A stretch of DNA of 64,000 nucleotides, from contig OZ241877.1 of assembly GCA_965203095.1 (NCBI GenBank), positions 1,344,001 through 1,408,000 on the forward strand, given 5' to 3'. Numbering within the stretch: the stretch's first letter is position 1; the number at the start of each line of letters is the position of its first letter. The position numbers were made by a program, and so were the translations under genes. This document shows, one piece after another, positions 18,275-27,939 of this stretch. The stretch is from Bdellovibrionales bacterium (GTDB lineage: Bacteria > Bdellovibrionota > Bdellovibrionia > Bdellovibrionales > UBA1609). A model generated the notes under the pieces. The model saw only the letters and a program-made list of their open reading frames with translations. It was not told where the DNA came from and searched no databases.

Positions 18275-20347
18275 TTAATGCCAAAAAGACAGTTTCTCTT
18301 TTTTTGCCCATTTTATAAAAGCTTCAGCAATTCCTTCCGGTAGCTCCCCACTATGGCTGTGCAAATCATGCTGAACAATCATAAGCCCGTTTTTATCTAA
18401 TTTGTATTGGCCATTATGGCCGTTTTTAAGATAGATATAATCCCCGGAATTGTCCTTCCCCCCAGAGTCAGACACAGCAAAAAATATTGGGTAATCCTCT
18501 TTTCTTGGGCAAAGAGGCCCCACCTTGGGATCCTCATTCCATTTTTGCACAAAAAGAACACTGGTTTTTGTGCCTGTATGAGGTTTAAAAGTATTACTAT
18601 GTAGGCCCACAACGGCCAAAATACGAGCCTGTTGGGAAATAAATTTTCGGACATATTTATCCGATACATTATTAAACCTTCCTTGAGGCAAAACTATAGC
18701 CATCCTACCACCGGGCTTTAAAAAATTAAGATTTCTCTCAATAAACAAAATATCACGACCCACTTGAGTTTGGCTTTTGTTGTTTTTAAAAGCCAATTCA
18801 TACTGATGCAAAATACGGCTCTCCTTAATGTCTCCAGCAAAAGGCGGATTGGCCATGAGAAGATCAAATTTAAATTTTTTGTCATCTCCCTTTTCCAGCC
18901 TCAGTTTTGCCAGCCTCTCAAAGCCTCTCCCATAAGTGTTAATCCAATTTTTGTCTTTTTCCGTTCGGTCCTTCCATCGCTCATAATCCAGGGTGTTTAA
19001 ATGCAGTATGTTGGTTTCCCCATCTCCGGCAATAAGATTTAAAGTTCTGGAAACACGAACTGCCCTTTCATCAAAATCAATGCCAAAAACTTTAAGGATA
19101 TGATTTTTATCTCTTTCGGAAATGACTGTATTGGTAAACAGACGATCTGTTGATTGGAAAATAGTATGCACCGGAAAACCACAACTTCCAGAAGCCGTGT
19201 CAATCATATACTCCTCCCTTTTTGGGTTGAGCATTAAAACGCACATATCAATTACATGACGAGGGGTAAAGTATTGGCCTTTATCCCCCTTAGCTGTTTT
19301 TATAACAAGGTATTCAAAAGCTTCATCTATCACTAAAAGGTTGGAGTTAAAAAGCTTAATGTCCTGCAAACTGGACACACATACCGCTAAGTGGCTGTCA
19401 GAAAGCTCAAACTGGGAATCTTCCGGAAAAACTCCTTTCCACTTCTCTTTTGCCTGATCAAATAAATTTTGTATTTTCTTTTTCAGATCGACATCAGTTT
19501 GCCCAGTGTTCCTAAATTCCATAATACGGAATTTTTTATCGTTCAAACCCTCAAGGCATTTTTTCAATTTGTCATAATCCCCTTTGTCCGTCTCTTTTAG
19601 ATTTTGATCAATATAATGATCTATTATCGTTTTGTTTTTTTGACTACAAAATTCATCATAGAGTTTTGTAAATATAAGCTTAAAAACCTCTTCAAAAACA
19701 TCCACCCCGGCATTGGCTAAAACTTCATCCTCCATTTCTAAAATAATGTCCTTCAATGATTTTTGCTCATTAAGGATTTTATCTTTAATCATTAAGTTTT
19801 TTAAAGTGAATCGCTCGCTCAATATGTTTTGAAGGCTTTGATTGGCTTTGGGAATATCCGTAATGTTTTCAAAATAGTTAGGGTCTTTCCGGTGGTAATA
19901 GGATATTTGCTCACCATTTGTCCATACCCCTATTGGTGCTCCCGTAGCATTGCAGTAAGATTTTAACTGAGCCTTACCTTCTGTCAGCTTGGGCTTTTTT
20001 AACTCAATAATAATATAAGGGCTGTCCGGGCGATCTTTGTCAAAAATCACAATGTCAGCACTTTTTTTCTCTCTCCCAAAATTCACAGCCTGCTCAAAAG
20101 CCAATCTCTTTTTGGGATAGCCATATTGCTCAATAAGGCGAATAGCAAACATTTGCCGGATAGCTTCTTCTGGCTTTAATTGAATGTTTTTATCCCTGAT
20201 AATGCACCGGACAAATGGCACTGGATTTTTACTTATAGTTTTGACAGTGAGCATTTTATGCAAGCGGTCAATATCCTTTTTTTTAAATAAGGATAGACGA
20301 TAGCTCTTATCTTTCAAAATGTTTTGAATCCTGTTGGCCTGTTTCAT
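18275..20347 (-). CDS. Fused endonuclease (HSDR_N-like PD-(D/E)XK) and N6-adenine methyltransferase
   Basis: PEEAIRQ...ADIVIF...IELKKP; GQYFTPRHVI, motif I DTASGSCGF, motif IV NPPF. Confidence 0.88.
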   Translation of the reverse strand: MKQANRIQNILKDKSYRLSLFKKKDIDRLHKMLTVKTISKNPVPFVRCIIRDKNIQLKPEEAIRQMFAIRLIEQYGYPKKRLAFEQAVNFGREKKSADIVIFDKDRPDSPYIIIELKKPKLTEGKAQLKSYCNATGAPIGVWTNGEQISYYHRKDPNYFENITDIPKANQSLQNILSERFTLKNLMIKDKILNEQKSLKDIILEMEDEVLANAGVDVFEEVFKLIFTKLYDEFCSQKNKTIIDHYIDQNLKETDKGDYDKLKKCLEGLNDKKFRIMEFRNTGQTDVDLKKKIQNLFDQAKEKWKGVFPEDSQFELSDSHLAVCVSSLQDIKLFNSNLLVIDEAFEYLVIKTAKGDKGQYFTPRHVIDMCVLMLNPKREEYMIDTASGSCGFPVHTIFQSTDRLFTNTVISERDKNHILKVFGIDFDERAVRVSRTLNLIAGDGETNILHLNTLDYERWKDRTEKDKNWINTYGRGFERLAKLRLEKGDDKKFKFDLLMANPPFAGDIKESRILHQYELAFKNNKSQTQVGRDILFIERNLNFLKPGGRMAIVLPQGRFNNVSDKYVRKFISQQARILAVVGLHSNTFKPHTGTKTSVLFVQKWNEDPKVGPLCPRKEDYPIFFAVSDSGGKDNSGDYIYLKNGHNGQYKLDKNGLMIVQHDLHSHSGELPEGIAEAFIKWAKKEKLSFWH

Positions 20348-20434
20348 GTTATGCTCTCACAAGTTGAAATCACCTAAAGGCTGTTTAATATACTGTCTCA
20401 CTATGAAACTAATTGTCAATATTTAACATTATCA

Positions 20435-20633
20435 TAGTCGTCCGTGAAAAAATATTTTCTTAATGACTTTTGCCTAAAGCCAGCCCATGAGGGTCCAAGG
20501 TATTCCCGTCCCGAAATGGGCTGGCCTTTGGGCAAAGAAACTTAAAAATAGGCTTTCCTGGATTCCTGCTTTCTCAGGAGACTGGCAGGAGACTGGGGGG
20601 GCTTTTGGTCACAGGCTTTTTCACGGGTGATTA
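20435..20633. repeat. MITE/REPIN-like modular repeat, complete copy
   Basis: Same termini; loop ggtccaaggtattcccgtcccgaaatgg; ctggattcctgctttc module. Confidence 0.85.
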
Positions 20634-20799
20634 TCGTAATAAGATTTACTTGCCAAAGCTTTTTTCCATTTGCTAAAAACTCTAAAACTTGTATATATTG
20701 AGTGGGAGGCATTAAACCCCTTAAGCCAGATATAAAAACCAAAGCAGGCCATCTTTGGTATTTGTTGGTTTTTTGGCATTAAAGCCCTCAGGACAGATT

Positions 20800-21597
20800 A
20801 TGAAAACCAAATCCATTCCAATAGGAAATGTATCAGTAGGAGGAAACTTTTTTCATGTTTGGGCCGGCCCCTGTGCCATAGAATCGGAAGAGCAGTTTTC
20901 AAAAACCGCTTATTTTGTTCAAAAACAAGGGGGGACGGGCTTAAGAGGGGGAATTTTTAAACTGAGGACCGACCCTCAAAGTTTCCAAGGCTTAGGCCAA
21001 TCCGCTTTAAACATGGCCCGCCAAGTGAAAAATCAGGCTCAGCTTTTGTTTGTGAGCGAAATCACAGATCCTCGTCATATTGAGTTTTTAGAACCAGTAG
21101 TAGATGTTTTTCAAGTGGGGACAAGAAATATGTTTAACTACGAACTTTTAAAGGAGTTAGGGAAAAGCCCTCGCCCGGTCCTTTTAAAAAGGGCCTTTTC
21201 CGCCAAAATTGCAGAATGGTTAAAAGCTGTGGAATATCTTATTCAAGGAGGGAACGAAAACATTATTTTGTGCGAAAGGGGTATTAGAACTTTTGAACCC
21301 CAAACCCGAAACACTTTGGACCTCAATGCAGTAGCTTGGTTAAAAAGAGAGGTCAATTTTCCGGTTTTTGTTGATCCCTCTCATGGGACGGGGCAGGCGG
21401 GTTTAGTAGCTCCTATGAGTCGGGCGGCTTTGTCTGCTGGTGCGGATGGGCTTTTGATTGAAGTGCATCCAGAACCAGAAAAAGCCCTCTCCGACCCCCA
21501 ACAAGCTTTAACTTTTAATCAATTCGCCCAACTGATTGTGGAATTACGCAAAATGCTCCCGCTTTTTAACAAACAGTGGGGATCAGGAGAAAACTGA
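20800..21597 (+). CDS. aroF: DAHP synthase, class I-beta, no regulatory domain
   Basis: AGPCAIES, KLRT, VLLKR, ILCERGIRTFE, RNTLDL, DPSHGTG, IEVHPEP; ATG at 20800 preferred over 20755. Confidence 0.88.
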   Translation: MKTKSIPIGNVSVGGNFFHVWAGPCAIESEEQFSKTAYFVQKQGGTGLRGGIFKLRTDPQSFQGLGQSALNMARQVKNQAQLLFVSEITDPRHIEFLEPVVDVFQVGTRNMFNYELLKELGKSPRPVLLKRAFSAKIAEWLKAVEYLIQGGNENIILCERGIRTFEPQTRNTLDLNAVAWLKREVNFPVFVDPSHGTGQAGLVAPMSRAALSAGADGLLIEVHPEPEKALSDPQQALTFNQFAQLIVELRKMLPLFNKQWGSGEN

Positions 21598-21692
21598 GTT
21601 TTTTTGCTTGACGAGCAGGCATTTCATCCCCTTTGTTAAAAAGGCTGGCTTTAATACTGCTTTTGTGGGAAAATGCATTAGAGGAGTAGTTT

Positions 21693-23021
21693 GTGCTGAG
21701 TGCTGAATCTAAAATCAGAAAAAGTTTTTTCATCTCCACTTATGGTTGTCAGATGAATGTCCATGACAGCGAGCGGATGGCCTGCCTTTTAGAAATGGCG
21801 GGATGGGCTTTAGCCCCTCAGCCGGAAATGTCCGATCTGATTCTTATCAACTCTTGCAGTATTCGGGAAAAGCCAGTTCATAAAGTCCGTTCGGAGATAG
21901 GTCGCTACAAAAAACTCAAAAACCAAAACCCTCACTTAAAAATTGGGGTGGCAGGTTGTGTGGCTCAGCAAGAGCGTGCTCGCCTTTTAAAACAAATCCC
22001 ATTAGTGGATTTTGTTTTAGGGACAGATGCCATTGATGAGTTGCCGGAGGTGGTTTCCCAGTTGGAGACAAAAAAGAAAGTGGTCTCCGTCCGGCAAACA
22101 CCAAAACAAGCCTATCATATTCAAACCTTGATTGGAGATCCTGGAGTTTCCACTTTTGTAAATATTTCAAAAGGCTGTAATAATTTTTGCAGTTTTTGTG
22201 TGGTCCCTTTCACCCGTGGGCGGGAAGTGAGTCGCCCTAAAGCTCATTTAGTAAAGGATATTCAATCCCTTGTGCAAAGAGGGGTTCGGGAAGTGACATT
22301 ATTAGGGCAGAATGTCAATTCCTATCGCTCCCCTTGTGGGGCCAATTTTGCCCAACTCCTTCAGACTCTGGCGGAAAAAACAGATATAAAAAGAATCCGC
22401 TGGACAACGCCTCATCCCAAAGACTTCAATGAGGAGCTATTGGATATTTTACAGGAGTATAGGGATAAAATTATGGATTTTATCCATTTACCGGCCCAAT
22501 CGGGAAATACAGAAATTTTAAGACGAATGAACCGCTGTTATTCCCGTGAGGAGTATATTGCCAAAGCCCATCTCATTTTGAAAAAATTACCCGGTGCGGT
22601 TTTATCTACCGATTTGATAGTGGGTTTCCCCGGTGAGAGTGAAAAAGCCTTTAAAGACACTTTGACTTTATTAGATGAAGTGCCTTATGAGGCTATGTTT
22701 TCCTTCAAATACTCCCCTCGCCCTTTCACTAAGGCTATGGGTTTTAAAGAGGCTGTTCCGGAGGAGGTCAAATCCCGCCGTCTTGCAGAACTCAAAAAAA
22801 AGCATGAAAAGATTGCATTTTCCCTTGCCCGAAAATATAAAGATGTTGTAATGGATGTTTTGGTGGAAAAGCAAGATTTAAAAACAGGGCTTTTTATGGG
22901 CCGTTCCACAAACAATAAACTGGTTTATTTTTCCGGTGATGTGGAGGATATTGGGGAAGTTCGCCCTATAAAAATTAACCGGCCCCAGGCCCTAACCTTT
23001 TATGGAGAAAAAGTTTTATGA
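21693..23021 (+). CDS. miaB: tRNA methylthiotransferase MiaB
   Basis: TYGCQMNVHDSE, CNNFCSFC radical-SAM motif, LLGQNVNSY, TRAM domain. Confidence 0.95.
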   Translation: MLSAESKIRKSFFISTYGCQMNVHDSERMACLLEMAGWALAPQPEMSDLILINSCSIREKPVHKVRSEIGRYKKLKNQNPHLKIGVAGCVAQQERARLLKQIPLVDFVLGTDAIDELPEVVSQLETKKKVVSVRQTPKQAYHIQTLIGDPGVSTFVNISKGCNNFCSFCVVPFTRGREVSRPKAHLVKDIQSLVQRGVREVTLLGQNVNSYRSPCGANFAQLLQTLAEKTDIKRIRWTTPHPKDFNEELLDILQEYRDKIMDFIHLPAQSGNTEILRRMNRCYSREEYIAKAHLILKKLPGAVLSTDLIVGFPGESEKAFKDTLTLLDEVPYEAMFSFKYSPRPFTKAMGFKEAVPEEVKSRRLAELKKKHEKIAFSLARKYKDVVMDVLVEKQDLKTGLFMGRSTNNKLVYFSGDVEDIGEVRPIKINRPQALTFYGEKVL

Positions 23022-23497
23022 CAAAAAAAATCAACATTGATAAAAAGAAATGGATTGAAATTGTCCCTTATGGGATTGTGGGAGGCTTGATCCCTGACGC
23101 CTCCACTATGTTATTCAAAAAAAAGGAGGGGGAGGATCACTTTGTGGTTTGGTTTTCTGAATTGCAGAGCCGGATAGCCATTGATCAGAACTTAAATAAG
23201 GAAAAAATTTTTAGTTTTGTCCAAAAAATTCTTAAAGCCAATAACTGCCAGCCCAAATACTGTTTTTTTGTGAAAACGGAACAAGGGCGAGATGTGGTTC
23301 AGCTCTCTTTTGGCAACTCAGGCGATTGTGTAGGGCCTCTTCAATTTTATGCTGATGAAGTGGTCTCTTTTTGTATGATGAGCAATTGTCGGTTTTTTTG
23401 CACTGCTGATTTTTTTAAACAACAGACAAGAGGAGAGATCCCCAAGCGTTTTCGCAAACAATCTTTAACAGGGGATAAGCCCCTTTACCTGAACTGA
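23018..23497 (+). CDS. Hypothetical protein, possibly a divergent bifunctional nuclease (DUF151-like)
   Basis: Overlaps the miaB stop; only weak resemblance to DUF151. Confidence 0.45.
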   Translation: MTKKINIDKKKWIEIVPYGIVGGLIPDASTMLFKKKEGEDHFVVWFSELQSRIAIDQNLNKEKIFSFVQKILKANNCQPKYCFFVKTEQGRDVVQLSFGNSGDCVGPLQFYADEVVSFCMMSNCRFFCTADFFKQQTRGEIPKRFRKQSLTGDKPLYLN

Positions 23498-23512
23498 AAA
23501 ATCCCGCTCTAT

Positions 23513-24457
23513 ATGGCGAGGAGAGCAAAAAAGAAAAAATCCTTAAGTAGTAAATCCACCTCGGAAGGGACAGCCATAGTAAAAAGTCCGGTTTTACTGC
23601 CAACAGCCTTACCTCCTGTCTCTGAAGGGGGGAGTGCTTTGCAAAATTATATGGCGGGCATTTCTAAAATCCCCCTTCTGGCTAAAGAAGAGGAATATGA
23701 ACTGACAAAAATTTATTTTAAAACCAAAGATCCTGCTGTGGGAAGAGAGCTTATTCAGTCCAATTTGAGATTTGTTGTCAAAGTGGCTTTAGAATACAGC
23801 CACTTCAGCTCCAAAATAATGGATCTGATTCAAGAGGGAAATATTGGTCTCATTCGGGCGGTTCGGGAGTTTAATCCTTATAAAGGGGCCCGTTTGATCA
23901 CTTATGCAGTGTGGTGGATACGGGGCTATATTCAAGAATATTTGATGAAACATCATTCTATTGTTCGTATAGGCACTAATAAAAGGCAACAGAGGCTTTT
24001 TTATTTACTGACAAAAGAAAAGCAAAAACTGGATGAATACCCTCAGAGCCGATTACTCCCTGATCTGGCTCGACAGACCAAAAATTCCCCTCAGGAAGTG
24101 GAAAAAATGAAAGAAGTGATTTTAAAAAAAGATCTCAGTTTGGATCAGTTTATAGGCAAAACTCCTGGTAAGACTTTTTTAGATCTTCAGCCGGATGGTT
24201 CGCCTGCTATGGATGATACTTTGTCTTTAAAACAATTGGGCTTGCTTTTAAAACATTATTTAAAAAATATGGAAAAAAACTTTAATAAAAAAGAGAAAAC
24301 AATCATTAAAGATCGTTTGTTAAGAGATCCTCCAAAAACCCTTCAGGAAATAGCTGATGACTTTCATGTGACGAGGGAGGCCATCCGGCAAGTTGAAGAG
24401 CGATTGATGAAAAAGCTCAAAAAAGAGCTTGTCCCTCTTCTCAAAAAGTCCTATTGA
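23513..24457 (+). CDS. RNA polymerase sigma-32 (RpoH-like) factor
   Basis: [32 protein letters not shown], RpoH-box-like GTNKRQQRLFY, region 4 TLQEIAD..VTREAIRQ. Confidence 0.85.
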   Translation: MARRAKKKKSLSSKSTSEGTAIVKSPVLLPTALPPVSEGGSALQNYMAGISKIPLLAKEEEYELTKIYFKTKDPAVGRELIQSNLRFVVKVALEYSHFSSKIMDLIQEGNIGLIRAVREFNPYKGARLITYAVWWIRGYIQEYLMKHHSIVRIGTNKRQQRLFYLLTKEKQKLDEYPQSRLLPDLARQTKNSPQEVEKMKEVILKKDLSLDQFIGKTPGKTFLDLQPDGSPAMDDTLSLKQLGLLLKHYLKNMEKNFNKKEKTIIKDRLLRDPPKTLQEIADDFHVTREAIRQVEERLMKKLKKELVPLLKKSY

Positions 24458-24473
24458 GTTTATATTTCTCCTA

Positions 24474-25385
24474 ATGACTGTCATTTTAACTGGAGGGACG
24501 GGCCTTATAGGGCAAGCTTTAACAAAAAAACTTGTCAAAAACCAATACAATGTCCATTGGCTCAGCCGGCGGTTGGCACCTTCGCTTTCTTCTTCTCATA
24601 AAGTGTTTTTATGGCCGGATATGACTAAAGACACCCCTCCCCTTGAGGCTTTTCCTCAAAAATATGGCTTGATTCATTTGGCTGGAGAACCCCTGTTCCA
24701 ATTCCCTTGGACAAGACAAAAGAAAAAACGATTTTTTGATTCTCGTATAAAAAGCACTCAAAGGCTTGTCCAGTTTATAAGCCAGATGGCTCATCCCCCT
24801 CAGTTTTTTTTATCGGCAAGTGCTATAGGCATTTACGGTGAAAGAGGGGATGAGAGTTTGACAGAAAATAGCCCCTCCTTAACCCCACAAAAATTATTTT
24901 TGCAAAAAGTGTGTCAAAGTTGGGAAGAGGAGGTTTTGAAGGCAAAAAATGTATGCAGAACTTTAATTTTCCGGATAGGGGTTGTTTTGTCGTATAAAAA
25001 AGGTTTTTTGTTTGAGCAAAAAAAACTCCCTTTTGCCCCTGCGGTTTTTAGTGGAGGTAGAGCTTGTTGGCTGAGTTGGATTGCTTTAGAGGATTTAGTG
25101 GATATGATTTTATGGGTTGTGGAAGATAAACAAACTTGTGGAATTTATAATGCGACAAGCCCTCATCCAGTGCTTTTAAAGGATTTTTATACTGCTATGA
25201 CTACTCAATCAAAAAGTAAAAAAATTAGTATTCCCATCCCCTTGTTTTTATTGAGAAGAGTTGGTGGGGAGATGACTAAAAATCTTTTAGTCAGTGTTAA
25301 AGCTTTTCCTGAAAAGGCTTTGTCTGAAGGCTTTGTTTTTAAGCTGGCTCAATTAGAGGAGGCTTTACAGCAAAAATCCCTTTAA
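24474..25385 (+). CDS. TIGR01777-family NAD-dependent epimerase/oxidoreductase
   Basis: ILTGGTGLIG, IHLAGE, SASAIGIYG, C..WE, SWI.LED. Confidence 0.85.
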   Translation: MTVILTGGTGLIGQALTKKLVKNQYNVHWLSRRLAPSLSSSHKVFLWPDMTKDTPPLEAFPQKYGLIHLAGEPLFQFPWTRQKKKRFFDSRIKSTQRLVQFISQMAHPPQFFLSASAIGIYGERGDESLTENSPSLTPQKLFLQKVCQSWEEEVLKAKNVCRTLIFRIGVVLSYKKGFLFEQKKLPFAPAVFSGGRACWLSWIALEDLVDMILWVVEDKQTCGIYNATSPHPVLLKDFYTAMTTQSKSKKISIPIPLFLLRRVGGEMTKNLLVSVKAFPEKALSEGFVFKLAQLEEALQQKSL

Positions 25386-25386
25386 A

Positions 25387-25603
25387 AGTCATTCCTGTAT
25401 GTGTTCGCTATTTCGCTGACAAAATTTATTTGAGTTTCTTTGTCCAAAGACCCGCCTCATTTCGGGACGGCAATACCTTGGATCCTCATGGGGCGGGCTT
25501 TGGACAAAAACACATAGACTTTGTTAAAAAAACATTCATTTCTGCTTTTGCGGGAGCCCAAAAGTTTGGGGGACTTTTGGGCAAGGTTTTTCATAGGCGA
25601 CTA
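25387..25603. repeat. Modular repeat: 42-bp module, hairpin and terminal repeat
   Basis: ctttgtccaaag...atttcgggacggcaataccttgg...ctttggacaaaa; ends tttttcataggcgacta. Confidence 0.82.
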
Positions 25604-25623
25604 CTTAATAGATCAAGAGGCTT

Positions 25624-27477
25624 CTAATGGAGAAAAACTTTCCGGCAAGAATCTTTTTCTGATTTTTTTTGATCCTTTTGAGGGAATTGTTTTAAAGTTT
25701 CTTCCTCTATCTTATCGTTTAAATAGTTGGCCAAGTGGATAAAGCCTTGCCTCTCTGCCCATGAGGACAGCTCTATTTTATTGGGAAAGGAGGAAAAACC
25801 AATATGAGTGTTCAATTGGATTGTTTTTTGTTCATAAAGAAACTTCACTTCATCCAATAAACCTAAAAATATGGCCCAATCCAAAGGGCTAAAATTGATA
25901 AAAAAAGTGTTTTCCCCCTTTGGACCAATAAAATCTTTTTCCGCCACTAACTTTATGATTCGTTTGGCTGGTTTTTTAAGAGGGCTTTTTTCATCTAATG
26001 AGGCATAAGTGACAATAGCCAATGACAAGGGGTCTAAACTGTAAGTGGACATTTGTCCATTTTCCAATCCCACTCTTTCAGAAAGTTGTTTAATACTTTG
26101 AACTGCCGGTAAAAAACTGTGCCTTATGGCTTCTAAAAGAATATTGCTTACAAATACCGATTGAGGCCCCTCGCTCACTTGGTGCAGGAAGTTGGTATGG
26201 CCAAGAGTATGCTTCATCTCTAAAGAGAGGTTTTTGAAAAAACTTTTATCCCTATTGAGAATAGCTTTTAAAAGGACAGCTGACTCCTGATTCTGTTGAT
26301 TGAAATTGAGAATATAATTTAAAACATGTATTCTTATGGTTTCATATTCTGTCAGAGTCTCTTTTAAACTTTCATAAATTTGAGTAAAATATTGTTGAGG
26401 AACTCCAGGGTTAAAGTGGCTCAGTGCTTGGATTAGATTTTTCAAAAAAGGTTCAAAGTTAAAATAAGTTAACTCTTCATTGATGGTTTTTTTGCCTTTT
26501 AGTGTTTCTCCTTTTTGTTGAGATGTATCAGGAGGAATTTCTTTTTGTCGGTTTGTTATTTCTTCTGTTATTGGGTCTTCAGGATGATCTATCCCTTCGG
26601 GAAGAGCACCCAACTCGTTTAAGATTTGGACGATGGTTGTATTATTAAATTTACCAGCCAAAGAGACAGGGTCCCATCCTAAAAGATCCTTTTCCTTCAG
26701 CAGAGGGTAGGCTTGTTCTGCAAGGGTGCGAAAAGCTTTTTGATAGTCAGAATGCATGGGGACTTTGTATTCTTGGCGAAAATAGTTTAACAAAATAAAC
26801 GAATGCAAAACAGTCATCCCTGTTAAAGTTTTTTTATTGATATCGAAGTCTCTTTTTAATAGTTTTTTTATAATGCGAGGGTCCCCAGTGCCTGCCAAGT
26901 GATGGGATAAGACAACCACCATCTCATCAGAGTTTTTAAAATCATCTTGAATAAACTGGCTGGTTATATTTTTATAAGGTAAGCTCTCATTTACAGAGAG
27001 ACCTAAAGAATCCATTAGCACAAACACTTCTTCCCCTATCCAATTATTGAAGAGGGATAGTGTGAGGCTAAGGATTTGATCTGATTTTGTAAATTTCTGC
27101 TCTGTCATAAAGTTTTTGATTTCTTGTATCTGGCCATTTTTAAAAAGATTCAGGAACTGGGCAATGACCTGCATGGTTGGGATGTGCCTTTCAAAAAATT
27201 TATTGTTTGAATTTTGAAATTTGTTAGAGAAGTGATCATGAAAAAGAGTTTGCCTCATTAAGTGGCTGATAGTGTATAGATAATGGTTAGCTTTAAGATT
27301 GAGCACAAAACTCTCTTGCACTTCTGGGCTGATTTGAAAAATTTGACGCATCCTTGTCCAAAAAAAATTTGGAGGTTGGTCGTCTTGATTAGAGGGAGCT
27401 GGCAGTTGTTGTGAAAAGCCAATGGTGGAATAAAGGAGGATCAAGCAAAAACTGACTTTTTTAAGTAGAGAAAGCAT
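25624..27477 (-). CDS. Secreted protein with degenerate ankyrin-like repeats
   Basis: Signal peptide; DINKKTLTGMTVLH, KDLLGWDPVSLA..IVQILNELGA, FSPLDWAIFLG.LDEVKFL. Confidence 0.6.
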   Translation of the reverse strand: MLSLLKKVSFCLILLYSTIGFSQQLPAPSNQDDQPPNFFWTRMRQIFQISPEVQESFVLNLKANHYLYTISHLMRQTLFHDHFSNKFQNSNNKFFERHIPTMQVIAQFLNLFKNGQIQEIKNFMTEQKFTKSDQILSLTLSLFNNWIGEEVFVLMDSLGLSVNESLPYKNITSQFIQDDFKNSDEMVVVLSHHLAGTGDPRIIKKLLKRDFDINKKTLTGMTVLHSFILLNYFRQEYKVPMHSDYQKAFRTLAEQAYPLLKEKDLLGWDPVSLAGKFNNTTIVQILNELGALPEGIDHPEDPITEEITNRQKEIPPDTSQQKGETLKGKKTINEELTYFNFEPFLKNLIQALSHFNPGVPQQYFTQIYESLKETLTEYETIRIHVLNYILNFNQQNQESAVLLKAILNRDKSFFKNLSLEMKHTLGHTNFLHQVSEGPQSVFVSNILLEAIRHSFLPAVQSIKQLSERVGLENGQMSTYSLDPLSLAIVTYASLDEKSPLKKPAKRIIKLVAEKDFIGPKGENTFFINFSPLDWAIFLGLLDEVKFLYEQKTIQLNTHIGFSSFPNKIELSSWAERQGFIHLANYLNDKIEEETLKQFPQKDQKKSEKDSCRKVFLH

Positions 27478-27579
27478 ACTGGTTTATTTTTAACATAGGA
27501 GTTGGATATAACCAATGGCTTTGAAAAAATTTCATAAAATTGTGGCATGAAGGCTCAAAGTGGACCAAATTAAGGGGTA

Positions 27580-27800
27580 TTTTCCATTATTTCCTCAAAC
27601 TCCAGAGGGCTTTTATAGTCCAGGAGGTGGTAGAGAGTATATCCACCAAACCATCAATCCGTTCAAAAAAAGGGCTGAAGGCAAGCTGTGGCTCAAATTT
27701 TCCATTACAGCCAAGCAACAAGCCTTTTCCTGATACCCCTTATCCTTAAAAACAGCCACCTTGAATAATACAGTGTAGTATGTCCTGACCTTTTACCCAT
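27580..27800 (-). pseudogene. Highly degraded IS3-family transposase remnant
   Basis: Frame-broken fragments AVMENLSHSL (27683-27711) and DYKSPLEFEE (27591-27620) resemble the IS3 NAxxESFFxxLK and GYxSPxEFE motifs. Confidence 0.5.
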
Positions 27801-27939
27801 CTTGAAAACCCAACAAATCCAACACTTACTAACTGCGTCAAATTCCTAATGGCGAACTCAGGCCATAAAACAGGGTATCATCAAGTAGTGCAATCCTCAT
27901 AATTTTTTGATTACTCTTTACCTTGACCAGAATAATCGT

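Noticed and set aside
4377..20700. Prophage or ICE at tRNA-Ala
   Set aside because: No integrase, phage or conjugation genes, and no att duplication found
20542..20742. Short ORFs over repeat copies (also 25430-25627 and 4153-4474)
   Set aside because: They read through repeat or tRNA sequence and have no coding support
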